From Podarcis vaucheri (Eukaryota), in the NCBI GenBank assembly GCA_965113315.1, contig OZ220364.1: a stretch of 64,000 bases of DNA. One strand, written 5' to 3'. The translations under genes were made by a program, and so were the position numbers. The notes under the pieces were generated by a model, which saw only the letters and a list, made by a program, of their open reading frames with translations, was not told the DNA's origin and searched no databases. Positions within the stretch are counted from its first letter, which is position 1. The number at the start of each line of letters is the position of its first letter. Positions 37,472-49,557 of the stretch are shown piece by piece.

Positions 37472-38190
37472 TTTCTACCTCAACAGCTCTTAAAACTGCG
37501 CAGCAAAAGTCTTTGATCCAGATAGGCTTGGTTTACCAAGTGCATTAAATTGGACTGTCAGTAGGGGGAGCTTTTTGCCTTCTGATATTGTACTAAGTCT
37601 TGGGAGTATCAAGGGGATGGCCTTAATTTCTTTTTTAAAGAAACTGATAGCAAAACCTGATGAAAATTAAAAGGTGCAAAGGAGTTGTTCCTGCAAATCT
37701 CTGGAGAATGAGAGTTTAACAGGTGTCTTGATTTCACAGTTGTACCAGGACTTTCCTTTTGAGAGCAGTAATTCCATTCTAGTGTAACTCCCTGGTTTTC
37801 TTTTGCTCATTCTTTGTTGACTTGCTAGAGTTGTGTTGTCCTTAGCTGATACACAAACAAAACAAATGTGGAGTAATCTACTGACCTTGAAGAGAATATG
37901 TTCAGGGTGAGTTAACTTGCTTTTTAATGCACCCAACTGTATGTGCATATGTCTTTGCTTTGTTTGCATGCCAAACTATGGTGTATCAGGGCTGTGCAGA
38001 CTCCTGAAGAGAATCTCACAGCTGCCTTACTTCCCCCAAGTCATTTTACTCCTGTACTGTGATGAGTTTGGATTGGCTTAGCTTGTCATACAAACCTAGG
38101 CTCACGGGTAAGCTCTTTCCTCGTTTACCATGAGCTGCAGCCAAGAACAAACCATGTAGTTACTGTGACATATGAACTAGACCTGCATAT

Positions 38191-38535
38191 CATAGAATCA
38201 TAGAATCATAGAGTTGGAAGAGACCACAAGGGCCATCGAGTCCAACCCCCTGCCAAGCAGGAAACACCATCAGAGCACTCCTGACATATGGTTGTCAAGC
38301 CTCTGCTTAAAGATCTCCAAAGAAGGAGACTCCACCACACTCCTTGGCAGCAAATTCCACTGTCGAACAACTCTTACTGTCAGGAAGTTCTTCCTAATGT
38401 TTAGGTGGAATCTTCTTTCTTGTATTGGATCCATTGCTCCGTGTCCGCTTCTCTGGAGCAGCAGAAAACAACCTTTCTCCCTCCTCTATGTGACATCCTT
38501 TTATATATTTGAACATGACTATCATATCACCCCTT
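38191..38535 (-). mobile_element. CR1 LINE 3' fragment
   Basis: (CATAGAAT)n is the reverse complement of the CR1 (ATTCTATG)n tail; minus-strand ORF with ORF2 C-terminal peptide RGDMIVMFKYIKG. Confidence 0.88.
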
Positions 38536-39504
38536 ATTCCCATACATGCTAGGGAGCCACACCAATTGCAGAGTGAGGAATGGCAGGCCAGCCCAGGCAA
38601 ACTGTTTAATGGAGCACCCCCTTCCAATAAACGATCCCGCAGTGAGGTTTAACAGAAGGGTAATAGGCCCTTCACCCAGTGTTTTCAACCTGCTGGGTGA
38701 AGTGCTTGCCGCCCTCCATTAAATGCAATTGCAGCAGGGAAGGGTGTTTCACCAAGCAGTTTAGCAAGAGGCTCTTTGAAGGCCCTCTCCATTAAACCTC
38801 TCTTCAGGCATGTTTGGTAATCTGATGGGTAGATGGGAGCTTGCATCCAGCGCACCATCTCCTTCAACCCTTGCCCCCAAGGTTTGAAAGCCCCGTGGGT
38901 CACTTGAAGTCCCAACAATCAGGGCTTCAAAGGGAAACATTGCCTGGTATCACTATGATGTCAGGTGGGCAGCATGGAGGGGGATGGACAAACTATGGGG
39001 TTTATGGGTGAAGTTTAAAGAATGGGTAGTTGGCTAGGGGGTTGGTGAGCAGAGTGAGCATGGGCAGAACCCCTTGTGTGTGTGTAAGTGTGTGTGTATG
39101 TATCTATGGAAATGTAGGTTGAGTGGTTAATATACACTCAAAGAAAATGTGCACATAATCCATGAAGAAGAAACTGTGTACATTCCCTGTTCAATATAAA
39201 TAATCTCAAACAGTCATGGAGGAATGTGCATATCTTGGTTTGAATTTTGTACATACTCGGGCCACCAGAAATAATTACATTGAAGCCCTTCACTCAGCAC
39301 CTGTATACAAATTGGGTGAATGCCAAACAACTGTGACGTCTTAACATAAAGAAATGATTCTTACTCTCTCTCTTTACATCAAAACAAATCCTTTGGGTAA
39401 TGTAGGACTTTAGGTTAATATAAGTTTATACAGTTTATACAAGATTTGTTCTGTTGGATCATAATCCTGTGTTTGGCTAAACATTCACTTTTTTATCCCT
39501 GTAG

Positions 39505-39595
39505 GACAAATTGGAAATGCCATTACAAAAGCATTGCCCAAAATTCAAGAAGCCTCTGGGGTGACCCAGATGGACTGCCTTTCAGTGGAACAAAG
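39505..39595 (+). CDS. MEIKIN: MEIKIN exon (R)QIGNAITKALPKIQEASGVTQMDCLSVEQ(S)
   Basis: ctgtag|GA…AG|gtatgt, 91 nt, phase 1/2; LPKIQE resembles human LSKIAE. Confidence 0.75.
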
Positions 39596-40038
39596 GTATG
39601 TTATAACAACCATTCCAGTTATTCTATTATTGGATCTGGGGAAAGGTCTTGGGCACTTGAGGCCCCAACTGAGTCCACATAGATGTTGTTGGACTACAAA
39701 TCCCATCAACTCTGACAATTGGCTATGCTGATGGGTTGGAGTCCAACAACTTCTGGAAAGCACCAAGTTCCACACCACCAGTCTAGAAACTGTCAATATG
39801 ATGATGCAGTTCAGCTTTAATTGTATTTATAGGCGTTATGGCCAGGACAGGAAGGACTTGCCTTGTTTTGGGCAACATCCCCAGAGCAATAATAATGCCA
39901 ATTTCTGTTGTTAGTTGATTTAAGTTCAAATTAAGAGAAGTCATTCTTCTCAGAAATTCCAGATATCAGAGTTGGTTTGAAATTGCCTATGAAAAATACA
40001 GACCCGTAATTGTGCTGTATTCCCCCCCCCCCAAATAG

Positions 40039-40117
40039 CACTGAATTAAATGAAAATGAAAACAGAAACATGGAGGTGAATAAAAGTATCAATAAAATGG
40101 GCACTGCTGTATTAAAG
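40039..40117 (+). CDS. MEIKIN: MEIKIN exon TELNENENRNMEVNKSINKMGTAVLK
   Basis: aaatag|C…AAG|gtatgt, 79 nt, phase 2/0 links its neighbours. Confidence 0.7.
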
Positions 40118-41111
40118 GTATGTATTTAATTGTTAAACCTCTTAAATCCCAACAAATCTATGTACTACTAGTAGGGTAAAAACGAAAGACTGCTGCACCT
40201 TCAGAGTCCAGCCAATCAAAATACATATACAGTATTTTGTATGCAGCCAGTGGTGTGTCATGGAGCTGCTTTGCACATCACACTAAGCCAAAATCACAAT
40301 TAAACCATGCTAGCTCCTAGGCAGCATGGTAAGTGATCCGGGATGATGGGAGTTATAATTCAAAATATATGGAAAGCACCAGGTTGTTTCTGTATGTATT
40401 CTGTGGTTCTGACTTTAAAGTGGGGGCAAATCCATCTCTCTGAGGTACGTGGAAATATCAGGGTTTGCAGTAGTCACCAGCATAATTAGTGTACCAGCGT
40501 CTCTGATTGCTGGGAGAATTTTAGTGTGGAGGAATATTAGAAGTCATACTGTTTCAAGTGGTTGGTGTAGAACAGATGAATTGTCATAAAGACCTAAGAA
40601 TATTGTCCAGGCAAGTTCATGGTTATGCTCTATTCACATTGACTTGGATAGTGGCTGGAAATGTGCATCAATCACAATGAAATTTATACAAGTTGACAAT
40701 ACCACTATAGAGGTTCAGTGCCCAGGAAATAACCACCATATGGGTTCAGCTTTAAATTATTCTCTCTGTCATGTTAGTCTCCACACAGAACCTCTGATCT
40801 TAACAGAGACTGTGCTTGGAAGAAATTCTGGGGCTTTGTGGTGAATGAGAAATTCTCCCATTCTGCTTGATGACCTTCTGCAGATGAACAATTTACATAA
40901 TTTAAAATTGCTTCCATGTGGCCATTGATAATACATTTCAAATCCAAGAGTTGCTCTGATCAATGTTAAGGAATATTTTGTTAATGACAAAACTGTGCAG
41001 AACTGTTTCTTTCTGAGAAATTATTTTCATGAATTTTGTATGGTCATAAGGGAAATCACAGTTTTATCTACGTCATACCTTGTCATCTGCATCTTTCACT
41101 GTTGTTCTTAG

Positions 41112-41172
41112 GATTCTTTGCATTTAAGCTCTGCAAGTAAAGAGAGTGCGAGATATAGTGAAACTACATCAG
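41112..41172 (+). CDS. MEIKIN: MEIKIN exon DSLHLSSASKESARYSETTS(G)
   Basis: ttcttag|GAT…TCAG|gtgagt, 61 nt, phase 0/1. Confidence 0.75.
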
Positions 41173-42440
41173 GTGAGTATGCTTAAGCATACTGGATCAG
41201 GAACTGTATTCTTCTAAATATTATTCCAAGTTCCCTAATGTGACTAGTCCTCATGTTAATATTTTAGTTCCCCCAACCCAATTTTAATTCCCCCAACCCA
41301 ACTCTGTGGCCAGTGCTGAAGCTTTCCTCAGGAGCAATTCATATCACTAGTGTTTCTTGTTCAGCCTTCTACATAAGAAGAAGAAAGGCAGAAAAAAAAT
41401 GAATTATTGGGTGAACAGGAGCGAATAACCTTTGGCCCTTCAGATGTTGCTGAATTACAACTCCCATAATCCCTGAGCACTTGGACTGCTGGAAGTTGTA
41501 GTTCAGCAACCTCTGGAGGGCCACAGGTTCTTCACCTCTGGTCTAGAAATACCAGTGGGTGTTCTAGATAGCTTTGCTGAATGCTTGGGCTTCAGGTTGG
41601 TGTATTATAACTAGAGATTTGAAGACCTTTAAAAAAAAACCACAGAAATACGTTTTTCCAGTTTTTTCCTATTTCTGAAAAATTGGAGGAAAGGTTCTTC
41701 CCCCCACTATTTTTTCTGGTTGGGGGGGGGGGAAGAATTCCAGGCCTTCACATCACTAATTATAACAGACTTCTAAAAATTCAAGTAGATTTTGAGCACC
41801 AGTCTGTAGACCAGGATATAACTTTTAATGCCTTGCAGATCTGTATAGCCCAAATATGTGGATAATAACTTAATATTCATTCCCATCAACCATCCTTTTA
41901 ATTGACTGCTCACAGTGGCTGATGGCACCTAAGTCCTAGTCTTATTTCCACCCTAATCATATTGTGCACTTTGGGTCATTTGGTCCACTGCCCATCTGAT
42001 GAAGAAAAGGGATCGCCAGTTACTTTGTTGAAATCCTCAATATTCTTATGAAAAATTGTTAATATATTATAAACCTGTTCTGTTCAGTTTAATTAACCAT
42101 TTTAAACCATGGCACTACATAGAAGTGGTGCTGTTTATCATTTCCAGGATACCTACAGTATTTCTTTTATATAGAATAAATATATTACTGCTTATGATGG
42201 AAGCTGAACATTGCATGTATACAGAAAGAAGTGCAGAGGTTAGCGTATTGGACTAGGAGACGATGGTTCAAATGCGCTTTCAGCCATGAAACTCACTGGG
42301 TTACTTTGGCCCAGTTGCCATCTTTCAATCAAACCTCCCTCACAGGGTTATTGTGAGGGTAAAAGAGGGATAGAAAGAACCATGTGGATGTATGTCACAT
42401 GGAGCTCCTTAAAGGAAATTTAGGACATGTAACGTAATAC

Positions 42441-42794
42441 GCGGGTGGCGCTGTGGGCTAAAGCCTCAGCGCCTAGGGCTTGCCGATCGAAAGGTCGGCG
42501 GTTCGAATCCCCGCGGCGGGGTGCGCTCCCGCTGCTCGGTCCCAGCGCCTGCCAACCTAGCAGTTCGAAAGCACCCCCGGGGGCAAGTAGATAAATAGGT
42601 ACCGCTTACCAGCGGGAAGGTAAACGGCGTTCCGTGTGCGGCTCTGGCTCGCCAGAGCAGCGTTGTCACGCTGGCCACGTGACCCGGAAGTGTCTCCGGA
42701 CAGCGCTGGCCCCCGGCCAATAGATGTGAGATGGGCGCACAAACCCCAGAGTCTGTCAAGACTGGCCCGTTCGGGCAGGGGTACCTTTACCTTT
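42441..42794 (+). mobile_element. Sauria SINE, CpG-rich (young)
   Basis: Same consensus as 8595; TSD TAACGTAATAC at 42430-42440 and 42795-42805; inserted at the tail of an older MIR/CORE-like SINE (~42230-42430). Confidence 0.92.
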
Positions 42795-43129
42795 TAACGT
42801 AATACAAAATGAAAACTAATCCAATTGAAGCTATTAGTGTTGCTCTTCTCCATCTTTCTCTCACGTGGCCTGCCTTCTGTTCTTGTGTTCGCAGGACTAT
42901 ATTGTATATTGTATAACATACAGTCTTAACTGCATCACATTAAACACATACATATATCTAATGTTTTTCCTAGTTCAGCTCTCCACTGGAGATGTGTATT
43001 TTTTTTTTCAAACTGAAGCCCAGATCTTAACATTTGTATGCATTTATAGGTGCCCAGCATATCAAGGGTACCTGAATGAGCACTTTCAGACTGAGTAGTG
43101 TCCTGATCTCATTTTTCCTTTATTTCCAG

Positions 43130-43270
43130 GAATGACTTTACCCACAGGTGTTTCACATTTTCTGCTGCAGTGTTTGGATGAAGAGTCTTCTCTGTGCTCT
43201 AATACAGAATCTAGTGATGGAGCAAGTACTTATTCATCACCTGAGATATTCAGAGATGAAAACACATTAG
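43130..43270 (+). CDS. MEIKIN: MEIKIN exon MTLPTGVSHFLLQCLDEESS…YSSPEIFRDENTL, with the separase ExxR site
   Basis: ttccag|GA…TTAG|gtatgc, 141 nt; SPEIFR matches human SPELFR. Confidence 0.88.
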
Positions 43271-43444
43271 GTATGCATGCTTATGCTCTACATGTGGGAG
43301 TGACCGTTTGAGAAAAGCATGTGTGCACGCATCTATATTTTTTAGTTGCAGAATGTAGGGCAGAAATTGGGAACCTGTAGTCCTCCAGATGTTGCTTTCT
43401 TTTCAGCCCCAGCAAGCACGGCCAATAGTCAGGGATCATAGTAT

Positions 43445-43588
43445 CTTAGAATTTGTAGAGTTTGAAGGGATCACGAGGGTCATCTAGTCCAGCCCCCTGC
43501 AATGCAGGAATATTTTGCCCAACATGGGGCTCAAACCCATGACCCTGAGATTAAGACACTCATGATCTACTGACTCAGCTATCCCAGA
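43445..43588 (-). mobile_element. tRNA-Lys-headed SINE with CR1-derived tail, nested in a hAT MITE (~43357-43630)
   Basis: Reverse complement GGGATAGCTGAGTCAGTAGATCATGAGTGTCTTAATCTCAGGG…CCTGCATTGCAGGGGG…GGACTAGATGACC; + strand copy at 46735-46862. Confidence 0.65.
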
Positions 43589-44048
43589 GAGGAAAAACAT
43601 TTGGAGAGCAATTGACTCCCCATCCCTGCTGTAAGGCCTGACTACACTACATTTTTATTTGATTAATCAAGTCCATCATATAGTCAAGTGGGGAAAACTT
43701 TGCTAATTGATTGTTGCCAAATGCCTCTTAATTTGGTCAGAGAATGTCCATTTAATCCAAGGCTAGAGTTCAGAGTGTCCTTGGCAATTCTTGACCTATA
43801 CTACATTTTTTTGATTGGCTTAACCCCAGCAATGGGCAATCAACCACACATTGATTGCTAAACAAGTGCTTCAAATTACATTCTCAATAATTTTTTGTAG
43901 GGAGGGGATCTAAAGTCTTTACACTTTATGCCATAACAAGCCAACTGAAATCTGTGGAGGTTCTTCAAGAGTGATCAGCTTACAAATGCAATCAGCTTAC
44001 AAGCATTTCAGAAAGATGGTATCAACCATATTGTGTTATGTGTTTTAG

Positions 44049-44168
44049 AAAAAAGCAGCACTGGTCCAGAAGAATGCCTTGGGCACAGGAATTCAACCCT
44101 CTTGGATACCAGCAAAGCCATCAACATAGACAAGATGCCACATGTGCCAAATCTTTCACAGATACTGG
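44049..44168 (+). CDS. MEIKIN: MEIKIN exon KSSTGPEECLGHRNSTLLDTSKAINIDKMPHVPNLSQIL
   Basis: ttttag|AA…CTGG|gtaacc, 120 nt; NSTLLDTSKA matches the conserved Meikin core. Confidence 0.92.
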
Positions 44169-44800
44169 GTAACCTTGAACATGTTACATAAGTGTTTGGT
44201 TGCCAGCTTGAGTTTAAACCTTTCTTTGATGCAGAGGGGAGCAAATGAGGGTGTTGGGAACTTGAGTTGGTGCTTCCACACTCCAAGTGGCAGAGCTGAA
44301 TGTCTGGAAATAAAGCAGCTTGATGATGAGACCATGGGAAGACTAAAGTGGTTTGAAGAGGAAAGATTAAGCATCCTAGACACAATTGGTCAAGCTACAG
44401 GGTGGGGCCAATTCATATATCCTTTTCTTCAGTCCGTCTCCTGTGTCAAACCAGCATCTATTCAGGGCTGCCCCAGCTGCCCAGCAACTTACTATAACAA
44501 CTTCATGGTTAGCTCCAGCACCTATTTTTCTTGAAAAAAAGCACTTGGAACAAATGTCAGTTCGTTTTTCTGTGAATTGACGTTTGTTCCAGTTCAGGGC
44601 TAAACAGCTGATTATCCCAGGGAAAGCAAGGGGCAAGCGAAAATCCTCTTGGACCCATGCTTTGAAAGCACAGGACAAGCAGAAAAACTCAGACCTGTGC
44701 TTTCTGGGCATGGGACAAGCAGAGGTGTGGATGAGTCCTGTGTTCTGCTGTATTGATCTAGCTTACCTTGATCACACTCTTCACATTTGATCTCTTCTAG

Positions 44801-44837
44801 AAACCACTTTAGGAAAAAAAGACCAGAGCATTACAAG
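44801..44837 (+). CDS. MEIKIN: MEIKIN short exon (E)TTLGKKDQSIT(R)
   Basis: ttctag|AA…AAG|gtaata, 37 nt, phase 1/2. Confidence 0.7.
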
Positions 44838-44857
44838 GTAATATCAAAGCAAAATAT

Positions 44858-45379
44858 TGTTACATGCCATCCTAGTCTCCGAGCGGTGTGAGATTCCAGG
44901 GGTTCCAGGTGCTTCTCCAGGGATTGTGTTTCTAAAGAAATGAGCCACAGCGGAGGCTGTGATGTCTTTAGGATATACGGTTTATTTACACATACTTTAT
45001 ATACAACCTGAGTCTGCGATGGGGAGGTTCAAAGCATTAACACTCCAAAAGGTTCTTGCCCCTCCCATGGCCATAGTCTTGGATGCCAGCAAAAATCAGC
45101 CATCAGCCTCTGGTCAGCTTGCTATGTTTAACAGACTGCCACTTTTCTCTCAGGCTTGCTGACACAGCCGGCAACTATTTTTTCTCCAACCGACGTCATC
45201 CCCAACTGCAATCCTAAAAACAACTGCTCTCCTTCCAATTCTAAAACTCCACTTCAAAGGCTTTTGTCTCTCTAGCCAATTATGAGTTGAGAGAGGGGGT
45301 CGGGTATCTGGCACCCAGGAATTATAAGCAGGGTCCAGGAATTAGAAAGGGAATTCAGGCACCCCACAAACGCATAACA
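44858..45379 (-). mobile_element. Solo LTR (Gypsy-like)
   Basis: TGTTA…TAACA termini, 4-bp TSD ATAT (44854-44857, 45380-45383), minus-strand AATAAA at 44981-44986. Confidence 0.7.
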
Positions 45380-45737
45380 ATATTTTTTTGTGACTGCTCT
45401 TTTTTTAGAGACAGTATATATGCAACTGCTCGGAGTAATGACTCTGATTGTGGCAACTACATAAAGCACTGCTTTAGCCATGGCCATTAAGAAGCAACAG
45501 CTGTAGCCAGGGAAATCCCCTCTCACAAAGAGAGCACATTGGTGGAGCATCCTATTATGGCAAAATTGAAGATATTAATTGGTCTGTTGACGCATTAGCC
45601 AGTGTATTTTCACTAGATTTGAAGTGATATTAGCCAATTAGGAAAGAAATCACTTGGATCTTAATGGAAATTTTGTGAGCAGCTAAGCATATAACTACTT
45701 TCTTACTTCAGTCTTTTTTTATTTTTTACTGTGGCAG

Positions 45738-45793
45738 GCTATCAAAGCAGAAATCACGTTCTGAATTGACAGATGTTTCAGCTGTAGTTGCAG
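45738..45793 (+). CDS. MEIKIN: MEIKIN exon LSKQKSRSELTDVSAVVA(G)
   Basis: tggcag|G…GCAG|gtaaat, 56 nt, phase 2/1. Confidence 0.7.
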
Positions 45794-46553
45794 GTAAATA
45801 ATGTTATTTAAAACAAACAAGTTGCAAGTTATGTGACGCGACTAGCAGATTTGTTTTTGCTGTGTGCTTTTAAAATAACAAGTTCAGGCCACAGGGCCTG
45901 TGTATAATGATGGCCCTGAAAGGTTGCCCCTCTTTGCCTGGCTTGGTGGCCCTCCTGGCATTGAAATTCCCTTAGCTCAAACAGCTGCAGAGCCGGATAA
46001 GAGATGAACATGGAAGCCAGCACTAAAGCAGAATGAGGGAAGTAAACATGCCATTGCCTCTTCCTCCTCAGTCAGGCAATTAGAACGCTGCAAGGCATGG
46101 CAGGAACACTGACTGCAAACAGGGAAAATGCTGGCGGTTTTTTAAAACGAAACACCAAAATACTGTGGCTCCTCCTGGCTGCAGACTGCACCCCAGTCCT
46201 TCCTGGTTACCATGGCAACTGTGTTTGTGGACTCTTGAAAAGTGATTCATCCAGAGTAGCTCACCCCCACCCCATTTTCATACTTGCAGACACACATACC
46301 ATTTAAGAATCTCTTTCCACTAAAAAAAGGGGAAGGAAAGAGAAAATTGAGTGAAAAGGACAAGCTACATAGTGTTAAGGGGTGGTTAAAAGCTCAGAAA
46401 TTGAGGCCGAATGAATGGCTCTGCAGATCAGCCAGTAAATGACTGCAGATCAGCCCATGACCCCCAGACTGCAGCACAAAATTGAGACAGAGAAGTAGCT
46501 GGACCAATTTGCACAGTCAAATTGAAGAATTATTTTTCTTCCTGTTTTCTCAG

Positions 46554-46648
46554 GGAAACAAGTGTGCAAAATTTTGCCTGCAAAGGAAAAGACACCTGAA
46601 TTGCAATCTTTTGGAGCCTCCTTATTGCCTCAAAAACAAACAAAAAAG
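46554..46648 (+). CDS. MEIKIN: MEIKIN exon KQVCKILPAKEKTPELQSFGASLLPQKQTKK
   Basis: ttctcag|GG…AAG|gtgacg, 95 nt, phase 1/0; resembles human ACEILLAEKT…KTKKK. Confidence 0.78.
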
Positions 46649-48359
46649 GTGACGAGTTTAATGTTCATAGGTTGCCATGTGTGAATTGGGATAGTGGTGT
46701 GGTGGACAACTAACTGTAGTGACACAACAATGGAAAGATAGCTCGGTAGAGTATGAGACACTTAATCTCAGAGCCGTAGGCCATGTTGGGGAGAAGATGC
46801 CTGCATTGTAGGGGGTTGGACTACATGACCCACATGGTCCCTTCCAACTCTACAATTCTATAATTTTATCCATCCTACCTATAGATAAATCTGGACAGAA
46901 GTGTGGTAATAATCTTCAGTTGACATTAGTCCTTTCATTCATTTTTAAAAAAAAAATCCAGTAAGGGGTCATCATGGGTTTACTGGGGATGGGGCTATAG
47001 TCCTGGCACACTACCTGGCCCCATGTTTAGATGAGCATTCTGTTACCCTGGATCAGTCACCCTGACCAAGGGGCAGGAGCTCAAGCAGTAATCACATGAC
47101 GGCACCTTAGTGCCAGTGATGAGTGAAGGGGGCTGTACTTGATGCTACAACTTCAGAATAGGTCATGCTATGGTGGCGCAGTGGGATTGTTAACCCTTCC
47201 CCTGCTTGCTGACTCTGCTCTCACAATTCTTCCCTGGTCCTCCCCACGCACTTTATGGGGCAGCTTTCTGTGTTCCATTGTACATTGAATTATTTGGGTG
47301 GGTAATGATTAAGCACCTCTTGTTTTCTTTCTTTTGAAGTTGGATTTCAAGTTGACCTCGTGGAAATCATTGGAACATCCAATTATAAAATAGCAGAATT
47401 AAAGTTGTCCCTTTAACCTGTCTTAAATAGCCACCCAAATAAAAATGTTCTGGTAACTTAGGCTCTAAATTTGGTAAACCTTTGGAGAAGGAAGCTGCTA
47501 TACCTGAGGCATCCTCAAAAGAAACTTACTGGGCCCTAGTGGTACAAATTCAGTTTTTTCATATATTATAGAAAGGTGCTCTCGGCTTATCTTTCAACTA
47601 ATCTTTTTACATAATATGAAACCACTTCCCATCTAGAATCTCTAGTCAGTGGCTATTACTTGTTCTTCTAAGTGGGTGTGGTTATCTTTTCTTCTGTGTA
47701 ACTCATTAAATAGTTGACAGTGTGAGCTCAGTGAAGGCCAAAGTAGAGGGGCAAACCACTCACTTGCAGAATTTTCCTTTTACAAATATGTTTGTGTGTG
47801 TGTGTGTGTGTGTGGTCTTGATCAAAATAAAGGGTGGCTTCTGTTCATGATGAAAGGAAAGCTATTTGTTAAAAGAAAAAACTGTGCAAAGACAAGCTTC
47901 ATAGCAGATATCTAGATTGCTCCTCACATTGCCCTTTTGTCCTCACACTGAGATTTTGGAATTGGGAATTGTTAGTGTTCTTGTGCTAAGATCATTTGGA
48001 ACAAATGTCATGTTTTTAGTGAACATAAAATGGGTCAAGCACTCTATTGGCTGGCCGTCTTCCAGGGACTGTCATGTGATCCTATAGTCCTAATGAAGTA
48101 TAGTGCAACGACTAAAACCTTGATCTCATCTATCCTCTGCCATGAGATTACTAGTTGGCCTTCAGCAAGCTGCTATCTCTTTCTACCTCCCCTGCAACAT
48201 GAGGCTAATAAGTGAGAATTTCATCATGCTATTGTTCATAAGAATTACTGAGATGTATACAAAGCGCTTCAATTGCTCAAAATGCTGTCTAAAACACTTT
48301 TAAGTACGTCCTTTACAAGTGTTGATGATACTACTATACAATTCTTCATGTTTCTGTAG

Positions 48360-48512
48360 ACTAAAGATCAGCAACCCAGGAAAATGAAGTGCACAAAAAG
48401 AGTACTGTTTTCCTCATCCTCATCCTCATCCTCTCCTTATGTATTGAGTCCAGCCAAATTTTGCGGAATTGCAGCTGAAACCTTAGGCTCTGCACAGCCA
48501 GGTACTGGCATG
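48360..48512 (+). CDS. MEIKIN: MEIKIN exon TKDQQPRKMKCTKRVLFSSSSSSSSPYVLSPAKFCGIAAETLGSAQPGTGM
   Basis: ctgtag|ACT…ATG|gtaagt, 153 nt, phase 0/0, open; no human counterpart that I recall. Confidence 0.62.
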
Positions 48513-49481
48513 GTAAGTTGTTTTCAACTGCTAAGCTTTAAGGGAATGGGGAGTGCTGCACTTGGGGGTTAGAGAGCTGCTGCAAGGCTAAGAGATGCAG
48601 AAACTATACTGAATGGTGGGTGCTATGGGAAATTACAACGCAAAAGCTGGCAAAAGACAAAAGTGGCACTAGTTAAACTAGGTGTCGGGAGACCTGGGGC
48701 TTTGGGATGTTGTTGGACCCCAGCTCCCATCGTCTCTAACTATTGGACACACTGACTAGGGCTGATGGGAGGCTGGGTCATGTTAAACAATATGAATGAG
48801 CCTTTTGTGGTCTGTGGGCTGAATTGGCTCTTCAAAATTGGGAGTCTCTCCTCCATTTGGCGTGGTTCCACTTAGAGGTGTATTTAGTGTTCAGGAAACA
48901 GGAAGTAGTGCTTCAGTTAGCTTTTCCATACTTCCATACTTTTGCCCCCTGCTTTCTAGGCACAGGTCTGGGCTTTAAAGCTCATTGTCTGAGCACTTCC
49001 CACCCACCCACACTTTCCCCAGGAAAACTCTAATGCAGAATCAAAACAAATGGCAATTCGGGTTTTGGGCAAATTGCCATTCGCTCCGATTCAGTGATAA
49101 AGAGTGGGGCTTTGCAGGAAAAGAACTGGCGCAAAAATAAAAGTGCTTGGATGGGGGGCATTAAAACACAGACCTATGTCTAGAAACACAGCACAAAAGG
49201 AAGTCTGGATGAGCCCAGAGTCTTCTCAGGCATGTTCACTTGACATTTTGCTTTCAGAATGAATTCAGAGTATCCTGCGATACAACCAAAGCATTCTGTT
49301 TACAGGAAAATCTGGTTATCTGCTTAAAATGGATTTCTCTCTTATAAAGGAATTCAATTTGGAAACTGGATGGGGCTGCAGGTAGATGTTTTATATGAAG
49401 GAAATTAAATATTTTAAAATTAACAGCAGAACAGATTGCTCTCCCTCTTTGCTTCTGATAAACTTTTATGTCTGTCTATCG

Positions 49482-49557
49482 GAGAGCAGTTCCAGAGCAG
49501 TGAACATAGGAAAGAATAAAGCGCTGTTAACAAGTGCAGCACTTCTACAGACAGAAG
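49482..49557 (+). pseudogene. MEIKIN: Apparently decayed MEIKIN exon ESSSRAVNIGKNKALLTSAALLQTE (homologue of the human GKKNRGLLTSTPSSETA exon)
   Basis: Translation similarity at the expected gene position; expected donor reads G|attgag (no GT) followed by an in-frame TGA; acceptor weak (ctatcggag). Confidence 0.55.

Noticed and set aside
46735-46800. tRNA-like sequences (also at 8595, 42441, 43520, 59091)
   Set aside because: These are decayed SINE heads continuing into LINE-derived tails; there is no intact cloverleaf.
47340-47393. Possible additional constitutive MEIKIN exon (GFQVDL in one frame resembles human GFVIDL)
   Set aside because: The phase-compatible frame hits TAG, the similar frame is out of phase and out of order, and the similarity is probably chance.
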